A stretch of 64,000 bases of DNA from Kofleriaceae bacterium. Lineage in GTDB: Bacteria > Myxococcota_A > Polyangia > Haliangiales > Haliangiaceae. Shown here piece after piece: positions 9,407 through 24,596 of the stretch. Under the pieces are notes generated by a model, which worked only from the letters and a program-made list of their open reading frames with translations, was not told the DNA's origin and did no database searches. The position numbers were made by a program, and so were the translations under genes. The stretch spans positions 14,265-78,264 of the forward strand of contig JBDTJY010000032.1 of assembly GCA_039935615.1 (NCBI GenBank). The letters are read 5' to 3'. Position 1 is the first letter of the stretch; each line of letters starts with the position of its first letter.

Positions 9407-10534
9407 ATGAATAACACGTACAGTTTGGGCGTGCGGCTGTTGGTGCTTCTCGTGATCGCCGCGTGCGGTGGTGAAGCCGCACCGGTGCATCCGATCAAGT
9501 TCCTGCACACGTTCAACCCGCGCGAGACCGAGCTGTTCAACTCGACGATCGCCGAGCGCGGCCTCCGCGTCGACGCGTCGCTCGTGCCGTTCGCGCGCGG
9601 CCACCAGGTGATCACCGAGCTGTTGCGCGCCGGCAAGGACTGCCCGGACCTGATCCGGATCGATGCGACGTGGCTGCCCGGCCTGGTCGCGGCGAAGTTG
9701 CTGCAACCACCGCCGGCCGAGCTCCAGGCCGCGGCGTGGTCGGCGATCGCGAAGGAGATGACGATCGCCGAGGGCGCGGCGTGGGCGGTACCGCAATCGA
9801 TCGACGGGCTCGTCGTCGTGCGGCTCGCGAGCACGCCGGCGCCGGCGGGACCGAGCGTGGAGGAGCTGGCGCGGGCGGCACGCAGCTCCGGCCTCGCGCA
9901 TCCGCTCGGCGTGCGCGTCGACGGCTATTGGTTCGTGCCGTGGTTGCGCACGTTCGGCGTCGAGCTCGCGCCCGCCGAGATCGAGAATGATGGTGCGGTC
10001 CACGCGCTGCGCGAGTTTGCGGCGCTGTTCGACAGTCTCGCCGCGGCGCCGCCGAGCGCCGGCAGCGAAGCGCCCGACGAGCTGCGGCGGTGGAACGCGA
10101 AGGAGATCGCGTATTGGGTCACCGGTCCGTGGCAGCTCGCGGATCTGCGCGACCGCGATCAGATCGAGGTCAGCGCGCTCGCGCACGCACCGCGCGGCGG
10201 CCAGTTGCTGGTCGTGCCGACCTGCGCGCAGCAGCCGGCGGAGGGCTGGCGGCTCGCGAAGGAGCTGACGTCCGAACAGGTGTCGCTGATCTTCAGCGAC
10301 GCATTCGCGACGATCCCGACGCTCGACGCGGCGCAGGCGCACGCGACGACCCTGGTCCAGCGCACGCTCGCGGCGCTCGCGTCGGCCGAGCACTTGCCGC
10401 GCACGCAGGTCACGCCGCTGTTGTTCGACGATCTCAATCCGGCGGTCGCCGCGGTCGTCAACGGCGATGCGACGCCGGAAGAGGCGATCGCCGGTGTGCG
10501 GCGCGGCTGGCATCGCCTGGAAGGCTCGAAGTGA
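9407..10534 (+). CDS. Periplasmic solute-binding lipoprotein (ABC family-1 sugar-binding-like), no cognate permease nearby
   Basis: 375 aa. Signal plus lipobox LLVLLVIAACGG. Typical SBP N-terminus (IKFLHTFNPRE..., DLIRIDATW). Its stop overlaps the kinase start (GTGA). Confidence 0.75.
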   Translation: MNNTYSLGVRLLVLLVIAACGGEAAPVHPIKFLHTFNPRETELFNSTIAERGLRVDASLVPFARGHQVITELLRAGKDCPDLIRIDATWLPGLVAAKLLQPPPAELQAAAWSAIAKEMTIAEGAAWAVPQSIDGLVVVRLASTPAPAGPSVEELARAARSSGLAHPLGVRVDGYWFVPWLRTFGVELAPAEIENDGAVHALREFAALFDSLAAAPPSAGSEAPDELRRWNAKEIAYWVTGPWQLADLRDRDQIEVSALAHAPRGGQLLVVPTCAQQPAEGWRLAKELTSEQVSLIFSDAFATIPTLDAAQAHATTLVQRTLAALASAEHLPRTQVTPLLFDDLNPAVAAVVNGDATPEEAIAGVRRGWHRLEGSK

Positions 10535-12287
10535 AGCGGCCGTCGCTGCGCTGGCGGGTGTTGCTCGTGCTGGCGCTCGCCGCGATCGTACCGACGATCG
10601 TCGTCGGGTGGCTCGCGATCTCTCGCGCGCGCCACGATGTCGAGGACGAGGTCCAGCGCGGCGCGCTCGCTCATATTCGCGCGCTCGGTGCCGCGCTCGA
10701 CGGCACGCTGCAGGATGCGCGACGCACGGTCGAGCTCGCCGCCTCGCAGTGGGCCGACGCGGCGGGGGACGCGAAAGGCACGCAGCTGCTCGTGCGCCGC
10801 TTGCGCCGCGACGTGCCGATCGTCGAGAGCCTGTCGATCCTCGATCCCGACGGTGCGCTGGTGTTCGGCGATCCGATTCCTCACGGCGTCGATATCGGCT
10901 CGCACAGCTTCGGCGGCTACATCGGCGATGCCGTGTTCGAGCGCGGCAAGCCGGTGATCCACATGGTCGTACAGGCGCGCGGCCGCACCGGCGAATTGAT
11001 GGGCGTGTTCGTCGCGACGCTCGATCTCGACTTCGTCCACGACGTGATCGCGGCGGCGCGCCTCGGACCGGGTGCCCACGTGGTGGTGGTGGATGGCCGC
11101 GGGCAGCCGGTCGCGACCAGCGATCCGACGATGCTGGCGTTACACGTCGATGCTCCGGTCGTCGAGCGCGCGTTGTCGTCGACGGTCGAGGGCACGCTGT
11201 CGCAAGGTGGTTGGGTCAGCTCGTATCGCAACCTGTCGAGCTATCAATCGCTGCGCGGTGTGCGCTGGGCGATCATCCATCAGCAGCCCGAGGCCGAGGC
11301 GTATGCGCTCGCGCGGCGCACCACGCGCGACACCCTGGTGATCGGTGCGGCGGCGCTGGCGATCGCGCTGTTGCTCGGCGCGTACTTCGCGACCCGCCTG
11401 ACTCGTCCGCTCGCCGACCTCGCGCGGCGCGCCGATCAGATCGCGTCGGGGATCATCCCCGACGAACCGCCGGTCAAAGGTCCCGGCGAGATCGGGACGC
11501 TCGCGATGGCGGTCGACGAGATGGCGAAGCGGATCGCCGAGCGGGCGGAGCTCACCTCGGCGCTCGCGCGCGGCGATCGCCTCGCGTCGGTCGGCGTGAT
11601 GTCGGCGCAGGTCGCGCACGAGATCAACAATCCGCTGACGACCGTGCTCGGCTACGCGAAGCTCCTGATCGAGGACAAACCGGACGACCATCCCGATCGC
11701 CACGCGCTCGAGTTGATCGCGGACGAGGCCGAGCGGATGAAGAAGATCATCGGCACGTTGCTCGAGTACGCGCGCGCGCCGCGGCCGAGCGAGACCGCGC
11801 TTGGAGTCGGCGGAGTCGGCGGTACCGCGGGAACCACGCGCGCCGAGCCGGTGTTGCGCCATGTCGCGGCGCTGGTCGTGCCGCAGCTCAAGAAGGTGCG
11901 TGCCGTGCTGACGACCGATACCGCGCCGGAGCTGCGCGACACGCTGCTCTCGATCGAGCCGAGCTCGTTGCAGCAAGTGCTCGTCAACCTGGTCCAGAAC
12001 TCCGCGCAGGCGTTCACCGACGGCGGCACGATCACGATGACGGCCCGGCCAACGTCGGGTGGAATCGCCACGCTGATCACGGTGGCCGATGACGGTCCGG
12101 GGATTCCGGTCGAGGCGCGCACGAAGGTGTTCGACCCGTTCTACACGACCAAGGCGCCCGGCACCGGCACCGGGCTCGGCCTCGCCGTGTGCAAGCACCT
12201 CGTCGCGACCGCTGGCGGCTCGATCGAGCTCCTCGACGGGCCGAACGGGCGTGGTGTCGAATTCCGGGTCGTGATACCCAACTCGGT

Positions 12288-12291
<4 letters not shown>
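10531..12291 (+). CDS. Sensor histidine kinase (TM, Cache-like periplasmic domain, TM, HAMP, HisKA, HATPase)
   Basis: GTG at 10531 (VKRPSLRWRVLLVLALAAIV...). H-box SAQVAHEINNPLTT, then NLVQNSAQA, DDGPGIP, GTGLGLAVC. The track ORF 10090.. is over-extended. Confidence 0.9.
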
Positions 12292-13630
<1,339 letters not shown>

Positions 13631-13634
<4 letters not shown>

Positions 13635-15220
13635 AACGGCGCTGGAAGCGAGAGCTCGACGCGCTCGCCGGCGTGCGGGTGCGCGAAGCCGAGGTAGCTC
13701 GCGTGGAGCAGCAGGCGTGCGGCCGGCGTGCCGTAGAGTCGATCGCCGACGATCGGCAGCAGCCCGACCGCGCAGTGCACGCGCAGTTGGTGGGTGCGCC
13801 CGGTCCGCGGTTGGAGCACCACGCGCGTCGTGGTCGGATCGCGCCGCGTGACCTGCCACGTCGATTGCCCTGGTTTGCCGTGCACGTGATCCACGATCTG
13901 GCGCGGGCGATCTTCGAGGTCGACGCGGAGCGGCAGCTCGATCGTGCCGGCGTCGCCGCGACTCGGATCGAGCACGCCGTCGAGCACGGCGTCGTAGCGC
14001 TTCACGATCTCGCGGCGCGCGAACTGGCGCTGGAGGATCAGGTGCGTCGCGGCGTCCTTCGCGACGAGCATCAGGCCGGAGACATCGAGGTCGAGGCGAT
14101 GGACGATGTGTGCAGCGCCGAGCCGCGTGGCGAGCCGGGTCTGCACCGAGTCGGTGAGCAGGCCGCTGCGGCCGGGGACCGCGAGCAGGCCGACCGGTTT
14201 CGCGACGACCACGAGCCAACGATCTTCGAACACGATCCGCGGCTCGTCGGCCGCGATCTGCGACGCGTCGCCGAAGACCGGGTTGGGCTCGGCGTCGAGG
14301 CCCGCGAGCATGTGCGCGAGGATCGGACCGCACTTGCCGCGGCACGCGGGGTACGCGTTGCCGGTCCGGCGATCGCCCGACGGTGGCGGCGGACCGAGCC
14401 AGACCTCGGCGAGCGCGAGCGGCGTCAGGCGTTCGCGATACGCGTGCGCGAGCAGCTTCGGTGCGGCGCAGTCGCCGGCACCACCGGGTGGCGAATCGGG
14501 CGCGAACAGCTCGCGCACCGAGCGGGTCTCGCCGCGCGCGTTCGCGAACGCGTACGTCGCGTGGATCGCGATCAGTAGATCGCGCGAGCGCGCCGCTCGT
14601 TCGGCCGCGAGCGCTCGACTCGCGGCGGTGAGCTCCGCGACGCGGGTCGCCAACGGTCCGAGCGCCGCGGCGTGTGCGGTGTCGAGCGTGCGGCGCTCCG
14701 CCGAATCACCCCGGCTCTCCTGATCGAGCGCGTGCGACGGCGCACCGCCATCGCGCGCTGCCTTGCGCGCCCCCTTGCGCTCGGCGTGGCGCGCCTTCAC
14801 CGCGGCGAGCTCGATCGCCTGCGCCGCGACGATCGCCGCGTGCGCGGCGTGCACCGGATCGGCGTCGAGCACGCGTTGCTGGTCGGCCAGGACGCCGAGC
14901 CCCGCTTCACCCGCGGGCCAGAACGCGTCGCGCGCCGCTTCGTCGAACGTCGGGCCGACGAAACCCTCGCGATGCCAAGTACCGTCGAGCATGCCGCTGA
15001 ACGCGCGCAGATAGCCGAGGCGACCTGCGCGATCGCGCACGACCAGCACGCCGAACATCTTGCCCTCGCGCAGCTCGCCGACGGAGAGCTCGGCGATCGC
15101 ACGCAGCGCGAGCGGATGCGGAGGCACCGCGAACGGACTCGGGAACCGCGCCGGCAGCTCGCCGGGCTGCGGGCCGAGCTGCGGCCCCGGCTGCGGCCCC
15201 GGCTCGAAGTACGTGATCAC
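13631..15220 (-). CDS. RluA-family pseudouridine synthase with a ~300-aa N-terminal Cys-motif domain
   Basis: 529 aa. GTG at 15220 overlaps the rluD stop (GTGA). C-terminal half has HRLDLDVSGLMLVAK and RTGRTHQLRVH. N-terminal half has GKMFGVLVV, GDCAAPKLL and YPACRGKCGPIL. Confidence 0.85.
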
Positions 15221-16215
15221 GGGAGCGCCAGCGCGGCGCGCGCGGCGACGAGATCCGGCGGCAGCGGCGCCTCGAACCGCAGCCGCTCGCCGGTCACCGG
15301 ATGATCGAACGCGAGCACCGCCGCGTGCAGCGCTTGCCGCCCGAGCGTCGTCGCGACCTCGGCGAGGCGCTCGTCGCGCGGCTTGTGGCCGTACACCGTA
15401 TCGCCGACCAGCGCCCATCCGTGATCGCTCGCGTGGACGCGGATCTGATGCGTGCGCCCAGTCTCGAGCACGAACTTCACGAGCGCCGCGTCGTGCAGCG
15501 GCTCGACCACTTCCCAGTGCGTGACCGCGGTCTTGCCGGACTCGACCTTCGACGAGAACTTCTTGCGCAGCGCCGGATGCCGCCCGTACAGCGTACGCAG
15601 GACGCCGCGCTTGGCCGGCGGCGCGGGCGACGTGATCGCGAGATAGCTGCGCTCGATGCCGCCGGTCTCGCCGCGCGACTTCGCCGCGAACGCTTGGGTC
15701 AGCGCCGCGTGCGCGCGATCGGTCTTGGCCACGACCATCACGCCCGAGGTGTCCTTGTCGAGGCGATGCACGATGCCGGGCCGCATCACGCCGCCGATGC
15801 CGGACAGGCCGCCAAACGGGCCGCCGGCGCTGCAATGAAACAACAGCGCGTTGACCAGCGTGCCACTCGCGTGGCCCGGCGCCGGGTGGACGACCAAGCC
15901 GGCCGGCTTGTCGATCACGATCAGCTCGATGTCTTCGAACAGCACGACCAATGGAATCGGCTCGGGCAGCACCTCGAGCGCGACCGGCGGCGGCACGCTG
16001 AGCTCGATCGCATCGAGCGCGCGCACCTTGGCGCCGGTCTTGGTCACCGCCACCCCGTTCACGGTCACGCGTTCGTCTTCGATCCACTTCTGGACCTGCG
16101 CGCGCGAGACCTCGGTCAACGCCGCGGTGATCACCGCATCGAGCCGGCCCGCTGCCTGAACCTCGATCCGATGAACCTCATCGAGATCAGGCTCCGGTTC
16201 GGGCTCGTCGCTCAC
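15217..16215 (-). CDS. rluD: 23S rRNA pseudouridine synthase RluD (S4 domain plus catalytic domain)
   Basis: 332 aa. HRLDKDTSGVMVVAK and GRTHQIRVH. GTG start overlaps the upstream stop (GTGA). Confidence 0.92.
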   Translation of the reverse strand: MSDEPEPEPDLDEVHRIEVQAAGRLDAVITAALTEVSRAQVQKWIEDERVTVNGVAVTKTGAKVRALDAIELSVPPPVALEVLPEPIPLVVLFEDIELIVIDKPAGLVVHPAPGHASGTLVNALLFHCSAGGPFGGLSGIGGVMRPGIVHRLDKDTSGVMVVAKTDRAHAALTQAFAAKSRGETGGIERSYLAITSPAPPAKRGVLRTLYGRHPALRKKFSSKVESGKTAVTHWEVVEPLHDAALVKFVLETGRTHQIRVHASDHGWALVGDTVYGHKPRDERLAEVATTLGRQALHAAVLAFDHPVTGERLRFEAPLPPDLVAARAALALP

Positions 16216-16478
16216 CAGATCTTCGACTTGACGTGACCCTTCGACTTCACGAGCACGTCCACGATCGCACGCTCGTAGATGTGCTGACCGTAGATCTCCT
16301 CGGTGACGCGGCTCTTGAACAGCTCGCGACCTTCGTTGACCTCGTCCGCCATCACCTCGAACAGGTTGTCGTTGGCGATGCCCTCGAGGATTTTCGGCTC
16401 GTGATAGAGGGTCAGGTCCGAGGCGATCGCACGAGCAAGTTGCCGCGCGCGCTTTGGATTGTCGATCAGAGTCGCCAT
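16212..16478 (-). CDS. Small (88 aa) helical protein of unknown function
   Basis: C-terminal part of track ORF 16212..16988, from ATG 16478: MATLIDNPKRARQLARAIASDLTLYHEPKILEGIANDNLFEVMADEVNEGRELFKSRV... It lies 31 nt after the upstream gene and overlaps the rluD start. Confidence 0.7.
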   Translation of the reverse strand: MATLIDNPKRARQLARAIASDLTLYHEPKILEGIANDNLFEVMADEVNEGRELFKSRVTEEIYGQHIYERAIVDVLVKSKGHVKSKIW

Positions 16479-16509
16479 GTCGTGATCGTAGAGGCCAGGT
16501 GCTCCGCGA

Positions 16510-18071
<1,562 letters not shown>

Positions 18072-18075
<4 letters not shown>

Positions 18076-19427
18076 CCGGGCGACATAACACAGGACTGAA
18101 CGGCGGCGATCAGCTCGAACAGTTCTTCGTCGGCAACCGTCCTCAGATCGAGCCAGACCAGGCCGCCGGCGACTCGCCCGATGACCGGCGTGCCGTGGCC
18201 GCGCAGCCTCGGCTCGTAGCGCTCGGGCAGCGTGATCGCGACCGACGGCAGCTCGGCGGTCGGCATCGCGCCACCGCCGACGGTCGACACGCACGGCGCG
18301 ATCGCGATGTCCTGGCGACCCGGCAGGTGGTCCTGGTCGACGCACAGCGAGGTCACGATCGCGTCGGCCATCGCGCGCATCTGCTCGACCGAGCGCGCGA
18401 GCATCATGTGGGTCGGGATCGAGGTCTGGGTGCCATCGCGATACATCGCGAGCGTCGCCTCGAGCGCGGCGAGCGTGAGCTTGTCGGGGCGCAACGCGCG
18501 CATCAGCGGATGGCTGCGCGCGCGTTCGACCGCCGCGGTCTTGCCGATCAGGAGGCCGGCCTGCGGTCCGCCGAGCAGCTTGTCGCCCGAGAACGTCACC
18601 AGATCCGCGCCGCTCGCCACCGCTTCACCGATCGTCGGCTCCTCGGGCAAGCCCCAGCCGCGTTGGGTCTCGCGATCGATCATCATCCCCGAGCCGAGAT
18701 CGATCATCGTCGGGATCCCACGAGCGCGACCGATCGCCACGAGCTCGTCGGGCATGACCTCGGAGGTGAAGCCGACCATCGCGAAGTTCGAGCGATGGAC
18801 CTTGAGCAACAGTCCGGTCGCCGGACCGATCGCCTGCTCGTAGTCGCGTGCGTGGGTCTTGTTCGTGGTGCCGACCTCGACGAGCGTGCCGCCCGAGAGC
18901 GCGAGGATCTCGGGCAGCCGGAACGATCCACCGATCTCGATCAGCTCGCCGCGCGAGACGATGATCTCGCGATTCGTCGCGAGCGCGGCGAGCCCGAGCA
19001 CGGTCGCGGCCGCGTTGTTGTTGACCACGATCGCGTCCTCGGCGCCGGTCAGCGTCTGGACCAGCGCACGCAGATGATCGTGGCGCGAGCCGCGCTCGCC
19101 TTTGTCGACGTCGTACTCGAGGTTGGTGTAGCCCGCCGCCACCGAATCGATCACGCCACGCGCTTCGATCGACAACGGCGCGCGGCCGAGGTTCGTATGG
19201 AGGACGACGCCGGTCGCGTTGATCACCCGGCGCAGGTGCGGGCGCACGAGCTGCGTCGCGAGCACCGCCACGGCGTCGGCGTCGATCGTACCCTCGCGAC
19301 CCGCGGTCAGCTCGTCGCGCGCGGCCGCGATCACCCGGCGCGCCGCCTCGACGACGGCCCACCGCGGCGCGACCTCACCCACGTCGTCGGCCAGCGCATG
19401 CACCGAGGGCAGTTGCGAGTAGTCCAC
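18072..19427 (-). CDS. selA: L-seryl-tRNA(Sec) selenium transferase (selenocysteine synthase)
   Basis: 451 aa. YSQLPSVHAL N-terminus, NATGVVLHTNLGRAPL, PLP-lysine motif FSGDKLLGGPQAG. GTG start at 19427. Confidence 0.92.
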
Positions 19428-19458
19428 GGATCCGAAGTTAACAGGCTAGACTCCCTCT

Positions 19459-21684
19459 GTGGACGTCCAGGCCGTCTCGGCGCTACTCGCCGCGCTGCTG
19501 ATCCTCGCGATCGGCGCGTCGGTGCTGCTGCGATCGCGCTCGGACCGCATGTACCGCGCGTTCGTCGCGTTCACGTTCACGGTCTCGGCGTGGCACTTGT
19601 GCTCGTTCATCGATGCCGCGACCGGCAGCCCCGTGATGCGCTGGCTCGCGCTGTGGGCCGCCGCCACGATCCCACCGACCGCGATCCGGTTCTTCCGGAT
19701 CTTCCTCGCGCAGCCGTCGATCGGTGGCCCGAACCGCGGCCCGCGCGTGACGCTCGCGTGGACCCTGCTCGCCTACGCCGGGCTCGTGACCTCGGCGATC
19801 TACAAGCCGATCCACGAGACCATGTGGTTCCTCGTGCCGTTCGGCATGTACGTGTTCGGCGGCCTCTACCGCTGCGTCTGGGATCTGTGGCGGCAATATC
19901 GCGCGACCACGAAGCGCGTCGAGCGCACGCGGATCGGCTACCTCGCGCTCGGTGGCTTCGTCGCGACCACGCTGACGATGACCGACGTGTTGCCGCGGTT
20001 CGGCATCGCGTGGCCGGCGATCGGCAACGTGCTCGGCATCCTCTACCTCTACTTCTTATCGCAGACGCTGTTCCGCAACCGGCTGCTCGATCTCAACGAG
20101 CTCGTCGGCAAGATGGCGGTGCTCGGCTCGCTCGTCGTGTTGCTCTCGGCGGTGTACGGATTCTTGCTCTACTGGGTCGGTAGCGGCCAGCAGGGGCTGT
20201 ATCTGTTGAACGCGCTCGTCGCCGCGTTCGTGATCCTGATCCTGTTCGAGCCGGTGCGGAGCTGGCTCGAGAACGGCATCAACCGCTGGCTGTTGCGCCA
20301 GGGCACCGAGCTGCGCGGCAAGATCGAAGCAGTGCGCAAGCAGCTACCTGGCGTCGTCGACGTCGCCGACATGACCACGCGGATCATCTCCGCGCTCGAA
20401 GAATCGCGGCGCGTCACCGACGCCTCGATCTACCTGCTCGACGCCGATGGCGCCGGCTTCGATCGTGCGGGCTTCCTCGGCAAGCCGCCGCCCGACCGGC
20501 TCGACGCGAACACCGAGCGCGCGCTGCTCGATCGGGTGCGCACCGGCTATCTCGATCTCGAACAACTCGCGCGCGAGGTCGATGCCACGCCGACCGCGGG
20601 CGAGCGCACGCCTCCCGATCTCGAAGCGAAGCGGACCGCGCTCGTCGCGCTGCGCACCCGCGCCGAAGAGCTGATGGCCTCGGTGGTGTTCCCGCTGTTC
20701 GGATCGGCCGAGACCGAGCAAGGTCCGTGGCTGCTCGGCCTGTTCTGCGTGCGCGACGACCGCACCGATACCGCGTTCGACGCCGACGACCTCGATAGCT
20801 TCCGCGGGCTCGCGATCGCCGCGGCGCGCGTGATCGAATCGTCGCAGGCGTACGAGCGCGTCAAGGAGCGCGACCGCCTCGCCGCCCTCGGCGAGATGTC
20901 CGCCGGCCTCGCGCACGAGATCCGCAACCCGCTCGGCGCGATCAAAGGCGCGGCGCAGTTGCTGGTGACGTCGGAATCGTCGTCGAGCCCGGAGAACCTC
21001 GAGTTCCTCAACATCATCATCGAAGAGGCGAACCGGCTGAACAACGTCGTCACGCGGTTCCTCGACTACGCTCGCGCCGAGCGCCCGGGCGGTGAAGGTG
21101 CCGACAAGGTCGATCTCAACAACGTCGTGCGCAAGACCGTCCAGCTGCTCCAACAGGAGCCGCTCAAGAACATCGAGCTGCGCGTCCGCATCGACGAGCA
21201 GTTGCCGATGGTCGCCGGCGATCCCGAGTCGCTGTTGCAGGTGTTCCTCAACCTCGGCCAGAACGCCGTGCAGGCGATGCCCGAGGGTGGCGTGCTCGAG
21301 ATCCTGTCGACGCGGCGCCGGCGTTCGCGGCTCGGCTACGGCCAGTTCTGCGAGGTCCGGTTCCGCGACTCCGGCGTCGGCATCCCGCGCGATCGTTTGA
21401 AAAAGCTGTTCATCCCGTTCTATACGACCAAGCAAAAGGGCACCGGCCTCGGCCTCGCGATCTCGCATCGCATCATCAACCAGCACGGCGGCACGATCGA
21501 GGTGCGCTCGACGATCGGCCAGGGCTCCACGTTCTCGGTGTTCTTGCCCGCGGCCGAGCCGATTCCGCTGAGCAAGGTCGAGGACATCACCGAGACCGGG
21601 CGGTTGACCACCAAGCCGGTCGACAAGGTCGACCTCGACGAGCCGGGCCTGACCAACGAGCCGCTTGCGGATCGTGTAGGGTAG
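19459..21684 (+). CDS. Sensor histidine kinase (7TM N-terminal domain, GAF, HisKA, HATPase)
   Basis: 741 aa. About 7 predicted TM helices. H-box [15 protein letters not shown], then [26 protein letters not shown]. Confidence 0.9.
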   Translation: MDVQAVSALLAALLILAIGASVLLRSRSDRMYRAFVAFTFTVSAWHLCSFIDAATGSPVMRWLALWAAATIPPTAIRFFRIFLAQPSIGGPNRGPRVTLAWTLLAYAGLVTSAIYKPIHETMWFLVPFGMYVFGGLYRCVWDLWRQYRATTKRVERTRIGYLALGGFVATTLTMTDVLPRFGIAWPAIGNVLGILYLYFLSQTLFRNRLLDLNELVGKMAVLGSLVVLLSAVYGFLLYWVGSGQQGLYLLNALVAAFVILILFEPVRSWLENGINRWLLRQGTELRGKIEAVRKQLPGVVDVADMTTRIISALEESRRVTDASIYLLDADGAGFDRAGFLGKPPPDRLDANTERALLDRVRTGYLDLEQLAREVDATPTAGERTPPDLEAKRTALVALRTRAEELMASVVFPLFGSAETEQGPWLLGLFCVRDDRTDTAFDADDLDSFRGLAIAAARVIESSQAYERVKERDRLAALGEMSAGLAHEIRNPLGAIKGAAQLLVTSESSSSPENLEFLNIIIEEANRLNNVVTRFLDYARAERPGGEGADKVDLNNVVRKTVQLLQQEPLKNIELRVRIDEQLPMVAGDPESLLQVFLNLGQNAVQAMPEGGVLEILSTRRRRSRLGYGQFCEVRFRDSGVGIPRDRLKKLFIPFYTTKQKGTGLGLAISHRIINQHGGTIEVRSTIGQGSTFSVFLPAAEPIPLSKVEDITETGRLTTKPVDKVDLDEPGLTNEPLADRVG

Positions 21685-21688
21685 CCGC

Positions 21689-23143
<1,455 letters not shown>

Positions 23144-23182
23144 GTGCGGGAAGCGCAGACCGACAATGATAATGTCGGGGCG

Positions 23183-24517
23183 GTGCTGCGGTCCGTCTTT
23201 GTCGTCCTGATCACCTGCGCGGTGGCGCATGCGAATCCGGCGAGCCTCGTTCCGGGTGGCATCGACTCCACCGGCCGGGTCGATGTCATCGGTACGGTCG
23301 ACTACGAGTTCGAGCACGACACCTCGACGATCTGGCGCGAGAGCGATCACGACACCAACGCCGATCCGAACGGCCCGTTGCCGCGCCACCGCGATCTCGC
23401 GTTCAACTCGGACCGCCACACGATCACGCCGAAGCTCGCGATCGGCATCTTCCACGACACGTTCTTCACGGCCGCCCTGCCCGTGATCATCTCGCAGACC
23501 CGCGAGCTGCACCTCGACAACGGCGTCCCGCGCGACGGCAGCTCGACGGTCGCCGACGGCATCTTGCCGAGCGCCGGCTACGACGCGCGCGATCCGACCA
23601 CACCACCGGCCGGCGATCTGATGTTCCGCGGCGTCGACCGCCACGGCATCGATCAGATCCACCTCGGCCTCGGCTTCGCGCCGATGAACCAAGCGCGCGA
23701 CGATACGAAGCCGACCTGGAAGCTCGGCGCCGAGCTCCGGCTCGCGATCGGCCAGGTCATGAAGTTCGACCCGATGGCGCCGACCGCGAGCTCCGGCGTG
23801 AGCTCCGGTGTCCACGAGCTCAAGCTCTGGACCTCGTTCGACCGCAAGCTCGATTGGATCGAGCCGTGGGTCGAGATCTTCTGGCAGGTCCCGCTGGGGG
23901 TCACCAAGGATTCACTGTTCCAGGATCCAGGCTTCGGCACGGCGAACATCTCGAAGAGCCAGACCGCCGGCGTGGAGTTCGGCTTCGAGGCGTATGCGAT
24001 CGACAACCAGGCAGACCACAACCGGATCAGCCTCGATCTCGGAACGAAGGTGACCGCGCACTTCGAAGGCCGCGACTACTCCGAGATGTGGGAGGCGTTC
24101 TCGTATGCCGGCGACAGCCGCGGCACCGGGCCCCTCATCCTCGATGCCGATCCGACGAAGGCCGGCATCCAGCCCCTCTCGTACCCGGGCATCTCGAGCA
24201 TCGAGAACTACCTCGAGACCGCCGCGAAGATCGCGATCCGCGGCGAGATCGGGCCGCACGTGCGGTTCGCCGTCGGCACCGACATCGTGTGGAAGACCGA
24301 CCACGTGATCACGTTCGCCGACGCCGGCATCGACCTGCCGACCTGCGGGGCTGGCCAGACCACCCACTGCGAGGCGACCAACAACGACGTCATCAACCCG
24401 GGGACCGAAGAGGTCAACCCGTTGCACAACAGCAAGATCGACCTCGTCGGCCATCGCTACTGGTCGCAGGACAACTTCGGGATCGTCGTCGGCGTGTCGG
24501 GCAGCGTCCTGTTCTGA
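23183..24517 (+). CDS. Putative outer-membrane beta-barrel protein
   Basis: The track ORF starts at 23144. I prefer the internal GTG at 23183, which gives the signal peptide [17 protein letters not shown]. The sequence is Gly/aromatic rich and ends GVSGSVLF (terminal Phe, typical of OMPs). Confidence 0.6.
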   Translation: MLRSVFVVLITCAVAHANPASLVPGGIDSTGRVDVIGTVDYEFEHDTSTIWRESDHDTNADPNGPLPRHRDLAFNSDRHTITPKLAIGIFHDTFFTAALPVIISQTRELHLDNGVPRDGSSTVADGILPSAGYDARDPTTPPAGDLMFRGVDRHGIDQIHLGLGFAPMNQARDDTKPTWKLGAELRLAIGQVMKFDPMAPTASSGVSSGVHELKLWTSFDRKLDWIEPWVEIFWQVPLGVTKDSLFQDPGFGTANISKSQTAGVEFGFEAYAIDNQADHNRISLDLGTKVTAHFEGRDYSEMWEAFSYAGDSRGTGPLILDADPTKAGIQPLSYPGISSIENYLETAAKIAIRGEIGPHVRFAVGTDIVWKTDHVITFADAGIDLPTCGAGQTTHCEATNNDVINPGTEEVNPLHNSKIDLVGHRYWSQDNFGIVVGVSGSVLF

Positions 24518-24596
24518 CACCTACACCCTGAAGTACTTCGATAACGACGATGTCTCGCGCGAGCGACGCGGCAATGAGCTACCATTTTAGGTACTA

